DNA of 64,000 nt from Antechinus flavipes. Taxonomy: Eukaryota. The notes below the pieces were generated by a model that saw only the letters and a program-made list of their open reading frames with translations, was not told where the DNA came from and searched no databases. Positions 25,578 through 36,000 of this stretch are shown here, one piece after another. Position 1 is the first letter of the stretch; each line of letters starts with the position of its first letter. Location of the stretch: NCBI RefSeq assembly GCF_016432865.1, contig NC_067400.1, positions 514,104,001 to 514,168,000 on the forward strand, in the 5' to 3' direction. The translations under genes were made by a program, and so were the position numbers.

Positions 25578-26082
25578 TCAACAAGCAGGCTGACTTCAGA
25601 AAAGCCTGAAAAGACTTAAATGAAACTGATGCACAGTGAAGTGAGCAGAACCAAGAGAATATTATACACAGTAACAAGATTATGTGATGATCAATTGTGA
25701 TGGACATGGCTCTTTGCAACAATGAAGTGATTCAGGCCATTTCCAATAGACTTGTGATGCAAAGTATCATCTGCATCCAGAGAGATGAATGTTAATCAAA
25801 GCATAGTATTTTTGATAGTTGTTATTGTTTGTTTGCTTGGATTTTTTTCCTTTCTTGTGTTTTCTTTTCTTTCTTTTGATTTGATTTTTCTTGCATGGAA
25901 TGATGAATATGGAAATATGTTTAGAAGAATTGCACATGTTTAACCTAAATCAGAATGCTTGCTGTATAGGGGAAGAGGGGGAAGAGAGGGAGAAAAATTT
26001 GAAACACAAGGTTTTGCAAAAGTGAATGCTGAAAACTATCTTTGCATGTATATGAAAAAATAAAATGCTATTTAAAAAAGAA
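25578..26082 (+). mobile_element. 5'-truncated L1 3' end with TSD, inserted in a MIR remnant
   Basis: End of ORF2 (gaaactgatgcacagtgaagtgagcagaaccaagaga) and 3' UTR; TSD aagatcccatagct (25564-25577) / aagatcacatagct (26083-26096). Confidence 0.85.
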
Positions 26083-27134
26083 AAGATCACATAGCTAACA
26101 AAGTGGCAAAGCTGGGACACCTTAAATAGAACTTTTAATCTTCTATGGTCTACTGCATCGCATCTGAATTCTTCTGCTTTATTTTCATGACCCTCCAGAG
26201 ACTGATGGCATCCTACATTCCATATTGTTTCCCACTATTTCTCAACCCATAGGATCTTCTCTAGCCAAGCAAATCTCTAGCACATGCTTATTTCCCATCT
26301 CCAGGCCTTTGTTTAAAATGCCCTGACCCCTTCCTCTCATCCCTCTCTTCCTTTTAGAGCCATCTCTGGTTCAGCTCCTCCATCATGTTCTCCTGACAGC
26401 TCTGGCCCACGCTGACCTCTCTCTTTCCCAAACATTCCCTGCCTCACACATCTCCCTAGTAGTTCCACCACTCCATAAATCTGGGGGAATTTGGGCTTCT
26501 GAAAGAGATCCAGGGCTGTATTTTTAATTTGTAATAGAGGTCTCTTATTTGAAAACTTCCTACGTTCATTGTAAGTCTGATCCTAAGAAAGTAGCTAAGA
26601 CTGGTCCTCTTGCTGCTCCCCAAAACAATAGCTTCCTCTCCAATAGTCTCTAAGATCTACACTTTGTATAGACTCTTTCACTCACTGCCTTCAAGGATGT
26701 TGTGAGGGAGGTTATATTATTAACACTTTCCTTTTACAAACCAGGAAACAGAAGTTCAAAGAGTTTTTATGTCTTGCCCAAGGTCAGTCAATCAGTCAAC
26801 AAGCATTTAATACATGTTTATCACCTGTAGGTCCTCATTAGAGTGAATAACAAATCCCCTAAAGTAGTCACATTATTTGAATTCATCGAGTTTCCATTGG
26901 ACTAGAACCAATGCCTACATTTTACATAACTATAACTTTTATAGTATGAGATAATATTTGTAAAGCATTTAGCACAGTGCCTGGCACATATAAAAATGCT
27001 AGCTATTATTATTGTTGTTGTTTGAATATCTGTGACCACTTCAAAGGGATTCCCTATTCCCATTAATCAAGATCTGGTTGAATGTGCTAGACTGTGCTGA
27101 GTCCTGGGGCCCCACAAACAAAGGAACTGCTCTT

Positions 27135-27430
27135 AGATTGTTGTTGTTCATCCTTTCTTCTGGAAAAGGACCGATGACATCTGTAGAATGACAGCTCGAC
27201 TTGCAAGTGAATCAGATTGGAGTGAAGTCCAGCTATGCAAAGCCAGGAGCCTCCCTCTCTCCTCCAGAGCCATTGGATCTCAGAGGCAAGATGTAGGGCC
27301 ACTGATCCACATGCAGTGGGAGACCTTGGCCTTCTTAAGCTAAGGTCTTTTCCCAAGCCTCAGTTTGTTTGAGGAAACACCCATTCAGTGATTAAAGGCT
27401 GGGTTAAAATTGAGGCAAAAGATGGCCTGC
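27135..27430 (-). mobile_element. marsupial RTE-associated SINE-like repeat (family uncertain)
   Basis: Antisense (caa)n tail ttgttgttgttcatcc..., gacttgcaagtgaatcagatt, gcagtgggagaccttggccttcttaagctaaggtcttt. Confidence 0.6.
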
Positions 27431-28408
27431 TCTGACTTCACAAAAGAATCTATCTGGAAGGAGACGACCTTCAAATAAACCCTGGAAGCAGGGTTTCAAT
27501 AAAAGTCTTGCTGACAAGAACAGCAACCTTAGCTCTTTCTATTGGAGACCAAGGGTCTTGAGGGCTGCGAGTTCTATGATATCAGGGCTTAAAATCTGCC
27601 CCACTTTGCACTTGGGCTTAGCATAGAGCCTGGTCCTTAATAAAATCATAGTGCCCGTCTTACTCAATGATTGCTGGCTTCGTCATGTATATATCTGTGT
27701 TCCCAATTACTTACAACATAATATACTTCAGCCCTTAAAGGCTCTGTGAGTTCATCGATGTGTGTATTCCCTTCACTCACACATCATAACTGCCCTTTAT
27801 ATAATATAGGAGTTAATGAGTTTCTGTGGATAAAAAAATCTAGCATCTAGTTGACTTACATTTTTGGTGTAAGCCTCTGGGAGGTTAGACAGGCTGAGAG
27901 ATCTGCAGCCTGTTCCTAGGCCTGTGCTCCAAAGCCCCTCGGGCTTTGTAGGACCTGTTAGAGCTGCATTTCTGGTGAGTAGTCTTTATGAACCCAGAAT
28001 CTCCTCCATGCCAGACTGAAGCCCTGGAGGAGGACTTTAGTGGAGGAGACACAGAGAAGGCCTCAATAAATCCTTGCCGAATTGAATTAAATTGAATTGA
28101 ATTGGAGCCAGCAGCACAGTGGTGGTCATACCACTGACTTCCCTAGCAAGGTTGCAGGGGGAAAGGCTGTGGATGGGCAGCTATTAGTTAGCAGTGCACA
28201 CATCCCCCCACCACCTTCCTCTTGGCTGGTCTGATTCCCCAGACTCAACCCCAAAACATTGCTCTGAATTCCCCTCTGGCGAGCTGATTCATCCCTCTGC
28301 TAAGGGAAAAGGAATCCGAAATATTGTCCCCATTTGTTTAGGCCTTGGATGGTTAAGCACAATCAATTTGGAGTCCCTCTCCTCCTCCCCACACTCACTG
28401 CCCCCCCC

Positions 28409-28419
28409 AACACACACAT

Positions 28420-28463
<44 letters not shown>
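28409..28463. repeat. (CA)n microsatellite
   Basis: Direct reading. Confidence 0.95.
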
Positions 28464-28465
<2 letters not shown>

Positions 28466-29859
28466 CTGCCTGCCTGTCTGCTCAATATTTGAAGCTCCTG
28501 TGACATCTGCTGGAGAGATTTGGATTTGACCAGGGGCTAATGGTCCTCCTGACCCACGGGAAAACGTTACCCAGGGACAATACACAGGCTATGTGCCCAG
28601 AAAAAAATGCCAATCCAGGGCCAGTCGGGGCTACATCTTGGCAATGTCCTCTGAGTCCAGGTGCTAAGTTGTTGATTCAACACAAAAAATTGTGCTGGCT
28701 CATAACAATGTTTGTATGATTAATTGAACGATGAAAGCATGCAGTCTCCACCCAACTCCTGCTTCTTTGTATCTGTAGTGTTCCTCTCTCCCGAATCCCT
28801 CAATTCTAAGTATTTCTTGGAGGTTGAGTCAGACCAGCCTAACCTAAAAATAATTAAGTAGATGGATGGATAGATAGATGGGTAGATAGATAGATGAATA
28901 AATTCACTGGGTCCTGCTCAGACCTCATAGAGCATATACAGTAGAGGATGAATGCTGAAGTAAACTGAGGGCTAGAAGGAAATCAGACAATAGTTAACTA
29001 CTTGTCTGGAAAACATTAACTGTTCATTATGGGCAAGGAGTTACTTGGGAAGTTAATAGGTTCACATCTACTCTCGCCATAGAAAGAGTAGATAGGACAC
29101 TAAACTTGAAATCAGGAAAATATAAGTTCAAATCTCAGCTTTCCTTTGGGTATCTTACAAGTTTTGTTTTTGTGAGGATCAAATGGAATTTGAAAGGCTT
29201 TGAAAACTTTAAGGCACCATATAAATGTTACCTATTATTATCTTACAGATTGCATGTACCAACACATAATATACATTGCATATACCCACATATATAGGTG
29301 CCAAACATGTATGTATTCAAGAGTGTGCCAAGCATGTTCCCACATATAGATACACTAAAAATACATACCATCCCCAAGTGACATAGCTAGTATCTGAAGT
29401 CAGATCTGAACTCAGCATAATTGTTTTCCTTTATAAGTTTGTGTATTTTATTTTAAATTCTGAGAAGGGATTCCTCAAATTATCAAAAGGGTCCATGATA
29501 CTTAAAAAGTTAAGAACCCTTGGCTTACATGGTCTCTGAAGACCTTTCTAGGATAGACATTCTATGATTCTACATAGATACCGAAACAGTGAGAAATAAA
29601 TCAAAACCCATAAAGATAAAGGACACAGAAAAAAACAGAGAGGAAAAAAATTAACCAACATTTATTAAGCACCTATGAGCCAGGCACTATGCTAAGTACT
29701 TTACAATTATTATTTAATTTGGTCCTCATAATAGTCCTGGGAGAAAGATGCTATTATTATGCCCATTTTACAATTGAGGAAACTGAGGCAAAGATTGAGT
29801 AAGTGTCTGAGTCCAGATTTTCCTGATTCAGAATTCAGCACTTTATACAATGGGCAACC

Positions 29860-30740
29860 TAGAGGAATGAAAGGAAAGAGGAAGAGAGGAAAGAGGNNNN
29901 NNNNNNNNNNNNNNNNNNNNNNNNNNNNNNNNNNNNNNNNNNNNNNNNNNNNNNNNNNNNNNNNNNNNNNNNNNNNNNNNNNNNNNNNNNNNNNNNNNNN
30001 NNNNNNNNNNNNNNNNNNNNNNNNNNNNNNNNNNNNNNNNNNNNNNNNNNNNNNNNNNNNNNNNNNNNNNNNNNNNNNNNNNNGGAAAGAGGGAAAATAC
30101 AGAGAGAGAAGGAGAGGGAGAACGAAAGAATAGAGAATAGAAAGAGGGAGGGAGAGAGAAGAGGAGCAAAGGGAGAGAGAGACAGAAAGAGACAGAGAGG
30201 GAGGAAGAGAGGAAGAAAAATAGAGGGAGAGAGGGAGAAAGGGAAAAAGAGAGAGACGGAGAGTAGGAGGAAGGGAAAGAGGAGAGGGAGAGGGAAAAGA
30301 AAGAGGAGAGGGTAGAGGGAGGGAAAGAGGGAGAAAGAAAGAGGAAAGGGAGAGAGGAAGAGAGGGGAAGGGAGGGAAAGAGGGAAGGAGAGAAAGAAAA
30401 ATAATGAGGAGAGGGAGAGAAAGAGGAAGAACGAAAAAGGAGAAGGTGGAGAGAGGGGAGGGAGAGTGAAAGTGAGAGGGGAGGGAGGGAGGGAGAAAGA
30501 GGTTGAAAAAGCGAGAGGGAGGGCGAGAAAGGGAGAGGGAGAAAAAGACAGAAACAGAGACAAAGGGAGAGAGAAGGAGAAAGANNNNNNNNNNNNNNNN
30601 NNNNNNNNNNNNNNNNNNNNNNNNNNNNNNNNNNNNNNNNNNNNNNNNNNNNNNNNNNNNNNNNNNNNNNNNNNNNNNNNNNNNNNNNNNNNNNNNNNNN
30701 NNNNNNNNNNNNNNNGATGACAAAGAAATAGAGACCTAGA
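29860..30740. repeat. long polypurine (GA-rich) low-complexity tract containing two assembly gaps (29897-30083, 30585-30715)
   Basis: Almost exclusively G/A on the + strand; source of the long L/S/F/P-rich minus-strand ORFs. Confidence 0.95.
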
Positions 30741-32739
30741 AAAAAAAGTTGCTTAGATCCCTAAGCCTGGACAGGAAGCAGAATTGTCCCTTTCTCATCT
30801 ACTTTCTCCCATGTTCATTATTTTAAGGTTATTCATGATCAAACACTTTGGTGTTAATGTGGATCTAATGTATAAATCCATACGGGTCCCACAGTCATTT
30901 AGCATTAATTAAATGAGGCCATTATAAGGCTGAGATTCCACTGGGTTTATTACGCTTAGCAATTAATGGCTGGAACTAGCCTTGCCATTGTACTCCCGCT
31001 CCCACATCCCAGACTTACTGGGAGGGGTAGCTCCGGAATGGACAAAGCAGGGGGCACCAGGGAGGACTCTGATGTCAGGAGCAAAGGGAGGATTGCCGAG
31101 GTAGATGACTAAAGTCGTGTCCAGTCTTTGAGGAGTGAAGAGAAGCCAGACATCATAGATCTCATACAAATCCATTACACGGTGACATCTGGGCATAGAA
31201 AGGAGGGTCTGTGGGCTGCAGGGGGGAGGGGAGGAGCGCTTTCAGGAGAAAGGGAATTTAGAGCTGAGTCCTAAAAGATGGGAAGAATTTGGATTGAGGA
31301 GGGGGGTGGAGTAGAAGGCAAACACTTAGAACAATGGCATTAAATGTAGAGCTGGATACAGGCAAAACCTCGAGGAATAAAATCTCTAGTGCCCGGGGCT
31401 TTAATCAAAGGTTCTTTGTTAATCTTACAGAAAATAATAAGACAACATTATGTACAGTCATAATATATTTAATAAATATCTAGAAAATCTGTGTTATCTG
31501 GCACTTGTGGGGAAATCTTGGTGTAAAAACTGTCTGCTAAGGCACAGACAGCCCCTTGTCCACGGCTTAGTGAGGAGCTGCCTGAAGCATGTTATGTTTT
31601 AAGTGATTTATCCCCGGTCTGAACCAAGGTGTCCCTAACTCTAGATCCAGCACTCTAACCACCCCACCGGACTATCTTGATACATTACATATACACAATA
31701 TTCCTTGAAGACCTATATAATCTTTACTTTCAATGCACTTTCGAGCATACAGTGCCCAATTTTATCTTCACAGGACAGAGGCAGCTAGATGGCAAAGCTC
31801 TGGACTTAAAGTTCTGTGACTCTGGACAAGTCCCTTAACAAGTCTCATCTTTAAAGTGAAAATAATAATAGCACCTACCGCACAGAGCTGTTGTGAGGAT
31901 CAGATAAGATATTTGTAAAGCGCTTGGAACTGGTAGGTGCATATTACACATAAGATTGTTATCTTAGATTTAATCTAATTTTGTCCTGTAGGTCAAGAAT
32001 CAGGGAAATTGAAATTCAGAGAACTTAATTGGCTCGCCCCTGGTCAATGGGTCAGTCAGCAAGCAAGGAAGGAAAGGTATTCATAATTCTGCTTGTTGAA
32101 GCGACTTGCCTATAAAGGTGAGGTGGGGGGATCCCAGGAGGCCTTCATGTTTACCCATAACCTTGATGCTGTCTGTCAGTTTGGGTGACTGGGATGTAAC
32201 GGAAAGCCACCTTTGTCTCTATGTTGTCAGAGTGCAGTTGGTACTTACCGGAAATCAGATCTTTCTCAACCTGAGGCTAGTACTCTCCTACCTAGAGGTG
32301 TCAAACTCATAGCACACCCAGGCAGAGGGAGTTTATTGCCAAATGAAGAACCAGATGAAAATGCAATTGTGAAATGTTTAACAAGACAAATAAGTATTCA
32401 ACCTAGATGATGTTAATTTGTAGTTTTCTAACTTAATGTGTGGCTTGAATTTATACCATCATGTTCTTGTATAAGTATATACCTCCAAAATACAAGGTAA
32501 ATAGAAAACTACCAATTGAGGGAACTGAGAGAGGCTTCATGTGGAAAGAATAGAGTTTTGAAGGAAATAAGGAATGCTAAAGAGGGAGTGCATGGAGAAT
32601 AGCTAGTACAAATGCATGGTGATGAGAAATGGGGTGCTGTGTGTGACAAACTACAAGAATATCCAAAATATTGAAAACTGAGTTAAGACAGAACAAGGAT
32701 AGAGAAAAAATTCACAGATTCATGGAATTACAGAACTGT

Positions 32740-33060
32740 AATGGTACTCAGAGGTCCTTTGGCCCAATCCCTATCTGCAGCATCTTTTTTTAAAGTATCC
32801 CCAATATTTTGACCTTCTAAACTCTGCTAAAAGGCTTTTAGTTACGAGAAATGTGTGATCTCCTTCTGCTTCCAGATAAATCTAATTGTTTGTAAGTATT
32901 TTCTCACAGGAAGCCCAACTCTTCCTGAAACTACTACCCATTGCTCCTCATTATTCTGCCAGCACTAACAGGAGTAAATTGAATTTCCTTTTTGCATCAC
33001 AGTCCTTCAGATATTTAGAGATGTTAGAGGTTTTCATGTTGACATGAGTCTGCCCTTCTC
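32740..33060 (-). mobile_element. CR1/L3 LINE 3' fragment
   Basis: Antisense CR1 motifs ctactacccattgctcctcattattctgcc... and cagtccttcagatatttagaga. Confidence 0.55.
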
Positions 33061-33193
33061 CTAAGTAAACATACATAGTTCTTTCAGTGGATCTTTGTAC
33101 AGTCTCTGCCATCTTATTAATTCAAACGAATAAGTGTTATTAATAGTTTTGTTTATGTAAATGTTGCCTCTCCCAATTAAAATGTTAGGGCTC

Positions 33194-34204
33194 ATTCTCC
33201 AATTGATAAACGGTCAAAAGATATGAATAGACAATTTTCAGATGAATAAATTAAAACCATTTCTAGTCATATAAAAATGCTCTAAATCACTATTGGTCAG
33301 AGAAATGCAAATTAAGACAACTCTGAGGTTCCACTACACCCCTCTCAAATTAGCTAAGATAACAGGAAACGTTAATGATGAATGTTGGAGGGATTGTGGG
33401 AAAACTGGGTCACTAATACACTGCTGGTGGAGTTGTGAACTGATCTAACCACTTTGGAGAGCATTTTGGAACTATGCCCAAAGGGCTATCAAACTGTGCA
33501 TCCCTTTTGATCCAGCAGTCTCATTACTGGGTCTGTATCCCAAAGAGATAATAAAAAAGGGAAAAGGACTCCATGTGCAAAAATGTTTGTGGCAGCCCTC
33601 TTTGCCACTTGTAGTAGCAGATAACTGGAACCTGAGTGGATGCCCAACATTTGGAGAATGGCTGAATAAGTTGTGGTATATGAATATTATGGAATATTAT
33701 TGTTCTGTAAGAAATGACCAGCAGGATGGATACAGAGATGCCTGGAGAGACTTACAAGAACTGATGTTAAATGAAATGAGCATAACCAGGAGATCATTGT
33801 ACACGGCAACAATAAGATTATACAAGGATCAGTTCTGATCTTTTCAACAATGAGGCAATTCAAGCCATTTCCGATGGATTTCTGAGGAGAGAGCCATCTG
33901 TAGCCAGAGAAAGGATTGTGGGAACTGCATGTGGATCACAACAAAGTATTTTCACTTTTTATTGTTGTTTGCTTGCATTTTATTTTCTTTCTCATTTTTT
34001 TCCTTTTTCATCTGATTTTTTGTGCAACATGATAATGGTGAAAATATGTAAAGAAGAATTGCACATGTTTAACATATATTGGATTACTTGCTGTCTGGGA
34101 AAGGGACAGGGGAAGGGAGAGAAAAAAAATTGGAAGATAAGGTTTTGCAGGGGTCAATGCTGAAAACTGTCTATGCATATGTTTTGAAAATAAAAGCTTT
34201 TTAA
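33194..34204 (+). mobile_element. 5'-truncated L1 (about 1 kb: ORF2 C-terminus plus 3' UTR)
   Basis: ORF 33575-33838 contains GEWLNKLWYMNIMEYYCSVRND...AWRDLQELMLNEMS, the L1 ORF2 C-terminus; typical 3' UTR; TSD-like 15-mers at 33179 and 34205. Confidence 0.92.
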
Positions 34205-34220
34205 AAAATATTAGGCCTCT

Positions 34221-34396
34221 GGGGCAGGTAGGTGGTGCAGTCGGTAGATCATCAGCCCTGAAGTCAGGAGCACCTGAGTTCAAATCTGACCTTAAACGCT
34301 AAATTCTTCCTAGCTATGTGACCCTGGGCAAGTCACTTAACCTCAATTGCCTCACCAAAAAAAAAAAAAAAAAAAAAAAGAAAGAAAGAAAGAAAG
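34221..34396 (+). mobile_element. WSINE1-type SINE with poly(A)/(GAAA)n tail
   Basis: ggggcaggtaggtggtgcagtcggtagatcatcagccctgaagtcaggagcacctgagttcaaatctg...aattgcctcacc-A tail; TSD aaaaatattaggcctct / aaaaatgttgggactct. Confidence 0.92.
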
Positions 34397-34948
34397 AAAA
34401 ATGTTGGGACTCTTCGAAAGTAAGAATTGTTTCCTTCACTGTGCAAAGCACTAAAGATGCAAAGACAAAAATGAAACAGTCCCTACTTTCAAAGAGCTTA
34501 CGGTCCGCCCTCCAGAACAAAGAACAAATATCCCCTGAAAGGGAACATTTGACAAAGCTACGGTCAGTTCCAAAAGCACAGAAAGTTAGACAGACTCACC
34601 TGGAAGAGACCTTAGAAGCCACCTAATCCTACCCTTTCATTCCACAGGTGAGGATGCTGGGGCCCTAAAGAGCGAAAGTGACCTGAAGGCCACCCAGCTC
34701 AAAAGTGGCAGGATGGGGATTAGAAGTCAGTCTCCTGACTCCAAGCTGGGCTTTTTCTACCAATTGCTTATGATTCTGTGGTTATGAATCAGGATCAGAT
34801 TCTGTGAATCAGAAGGAGGCCTTCTATGGTCCTGAAGTTTATAGTTTGGAGGACATATGTTAGATAATACAATATTGTGACATAAGTTACGTACCTATTT
34901 TGAATTCAGTGTCTCATATTATGAGATAACTTCTCCTCTCCTATTCTA

Positions 34949-35160
34949 GGGGCAGTACCTGGCACAGTGCCAGAGCTGACATCATCCTGAGTTCAAATCC
35001 ATCCTCAGACATTTAGTAGTTCTGCTACCCTGGCAAGGCACTTAATGCTGTCTACCTCAATTTCCTCATCTGTAAAATAAGCTGGTAAGGAAATAGTGAA
35101 CTACTGCAGGATATCTGCCAAGAAAACCCCAAAAGGGGTCCCCAAGGTTGGACATGACCC
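34949..35160 (+). mobile_element. MAR1-type SINE
   Basis: gggcagtacctggcacagtg...ctgagttcaaatcc...ggatatctgccaagaaaaccccaaaaggggtc. Confidence 0.82.
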
Positions 35161-35819
35161 ACTCTTCTATTCATCAAGCCCCAGTATGATGATCATAGTC
35201 CTACTGATCATACCCAAAAATCATAACCAGGGCCACAGCCCAAGGTGTGGTACTTGGCAAGACTTTATCGCATGTGATGTTCCAGGGGATCCATACAATT
35301 ACTGCATGCGTAGGGAGACATACGAGGTTGCTGCCAGCTAAAATACACGTGAAACATGACTCACAAATGGAAGAAAAGGAACTTGGGGTCTAGTTTTCTA
35401 ATTCCAAGATCATCCAGGATCCTTTTCAAAATACCATTATGGTTATCCTTCAGACAGTAATAATTGCAACTGACATTCATAAACCATTTTTGTTCATTCT
35501 CAGTGGATTAATGCGACAAAACTATGGGCTAGGTATTACAGATGTTGTTATCCATTTTGCAGAGAGAGTCAGAATTTTGTTCAAGGTCATAAAGCCAGAA
35601 AGTATCAGAGCAAGGATTTGAACCTTGTTCTCCTGGAGTATCCGCTGAGCTGCTCCTGCTGGGACAAGGAAGCCTGAGGAGAGGAAGTGGAGGGAGTGGT
35701 GGGGCCGCCCTAAGAGAGGAAGTGGAGAAGGGAGACGTGTCTGTGTGCAGGGTAATGACTGATCTCTTAGGCGTCCCCCCAAATCCTCTGAAAACCCATA
35801 AAGCCGTCTGATTCCCTGC

Positions 35820-36000
35820 CCCCCACCCGCCCAGCGCCACATCCAGTGGCCACTTAAAATGCAATGGCATGGCACAAGTCAGCTGTCACTTAGGCACTTA
35901 CAAGCAGAACCGCGGAAAAACCAAACCACTGTTATTACACTTAATAACCAGTTTCCACATCATCAACTCATTGGAGGCTGACAGGAGCTGTTAGGGTGTC
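35820..36000. promoter_or_regulatory. candidate enhancer with clustered CACTTA (NK-homeodomain) and TGACAG (MEIS/TALE) motifs
   Basis: CACTTA at 35851, 35887, 35895 and 35938; TGTCA/TGACAG at about 35883 and 35979; not within a recognisable SINE. Confidence 0.4.

Noticed and set aside
29710-30739. Long ORFs of 337, 234 and 124 aa
   Set aside because: Translations of the GA-rich tract and N gaps; low-complexity artefacts.
31060-31110. NPPF motif (VIYLGNPPF) resembling amino-methyltransferase motif IV
   Set aside because: An isolated four-residue match with no motif I or Rossmann-fold context.
33575-33838. 87-aa ORF as a host gene
   Set aside because: It is the frameshifted C-terminus of L1 ORF2.
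35830-35856. CTCF-like motif (also a partial match at about 868-881)
   Set aside because: Spacing or core mismatches against the CCASYAGRKGGCRS consensus; not supportable by eye.
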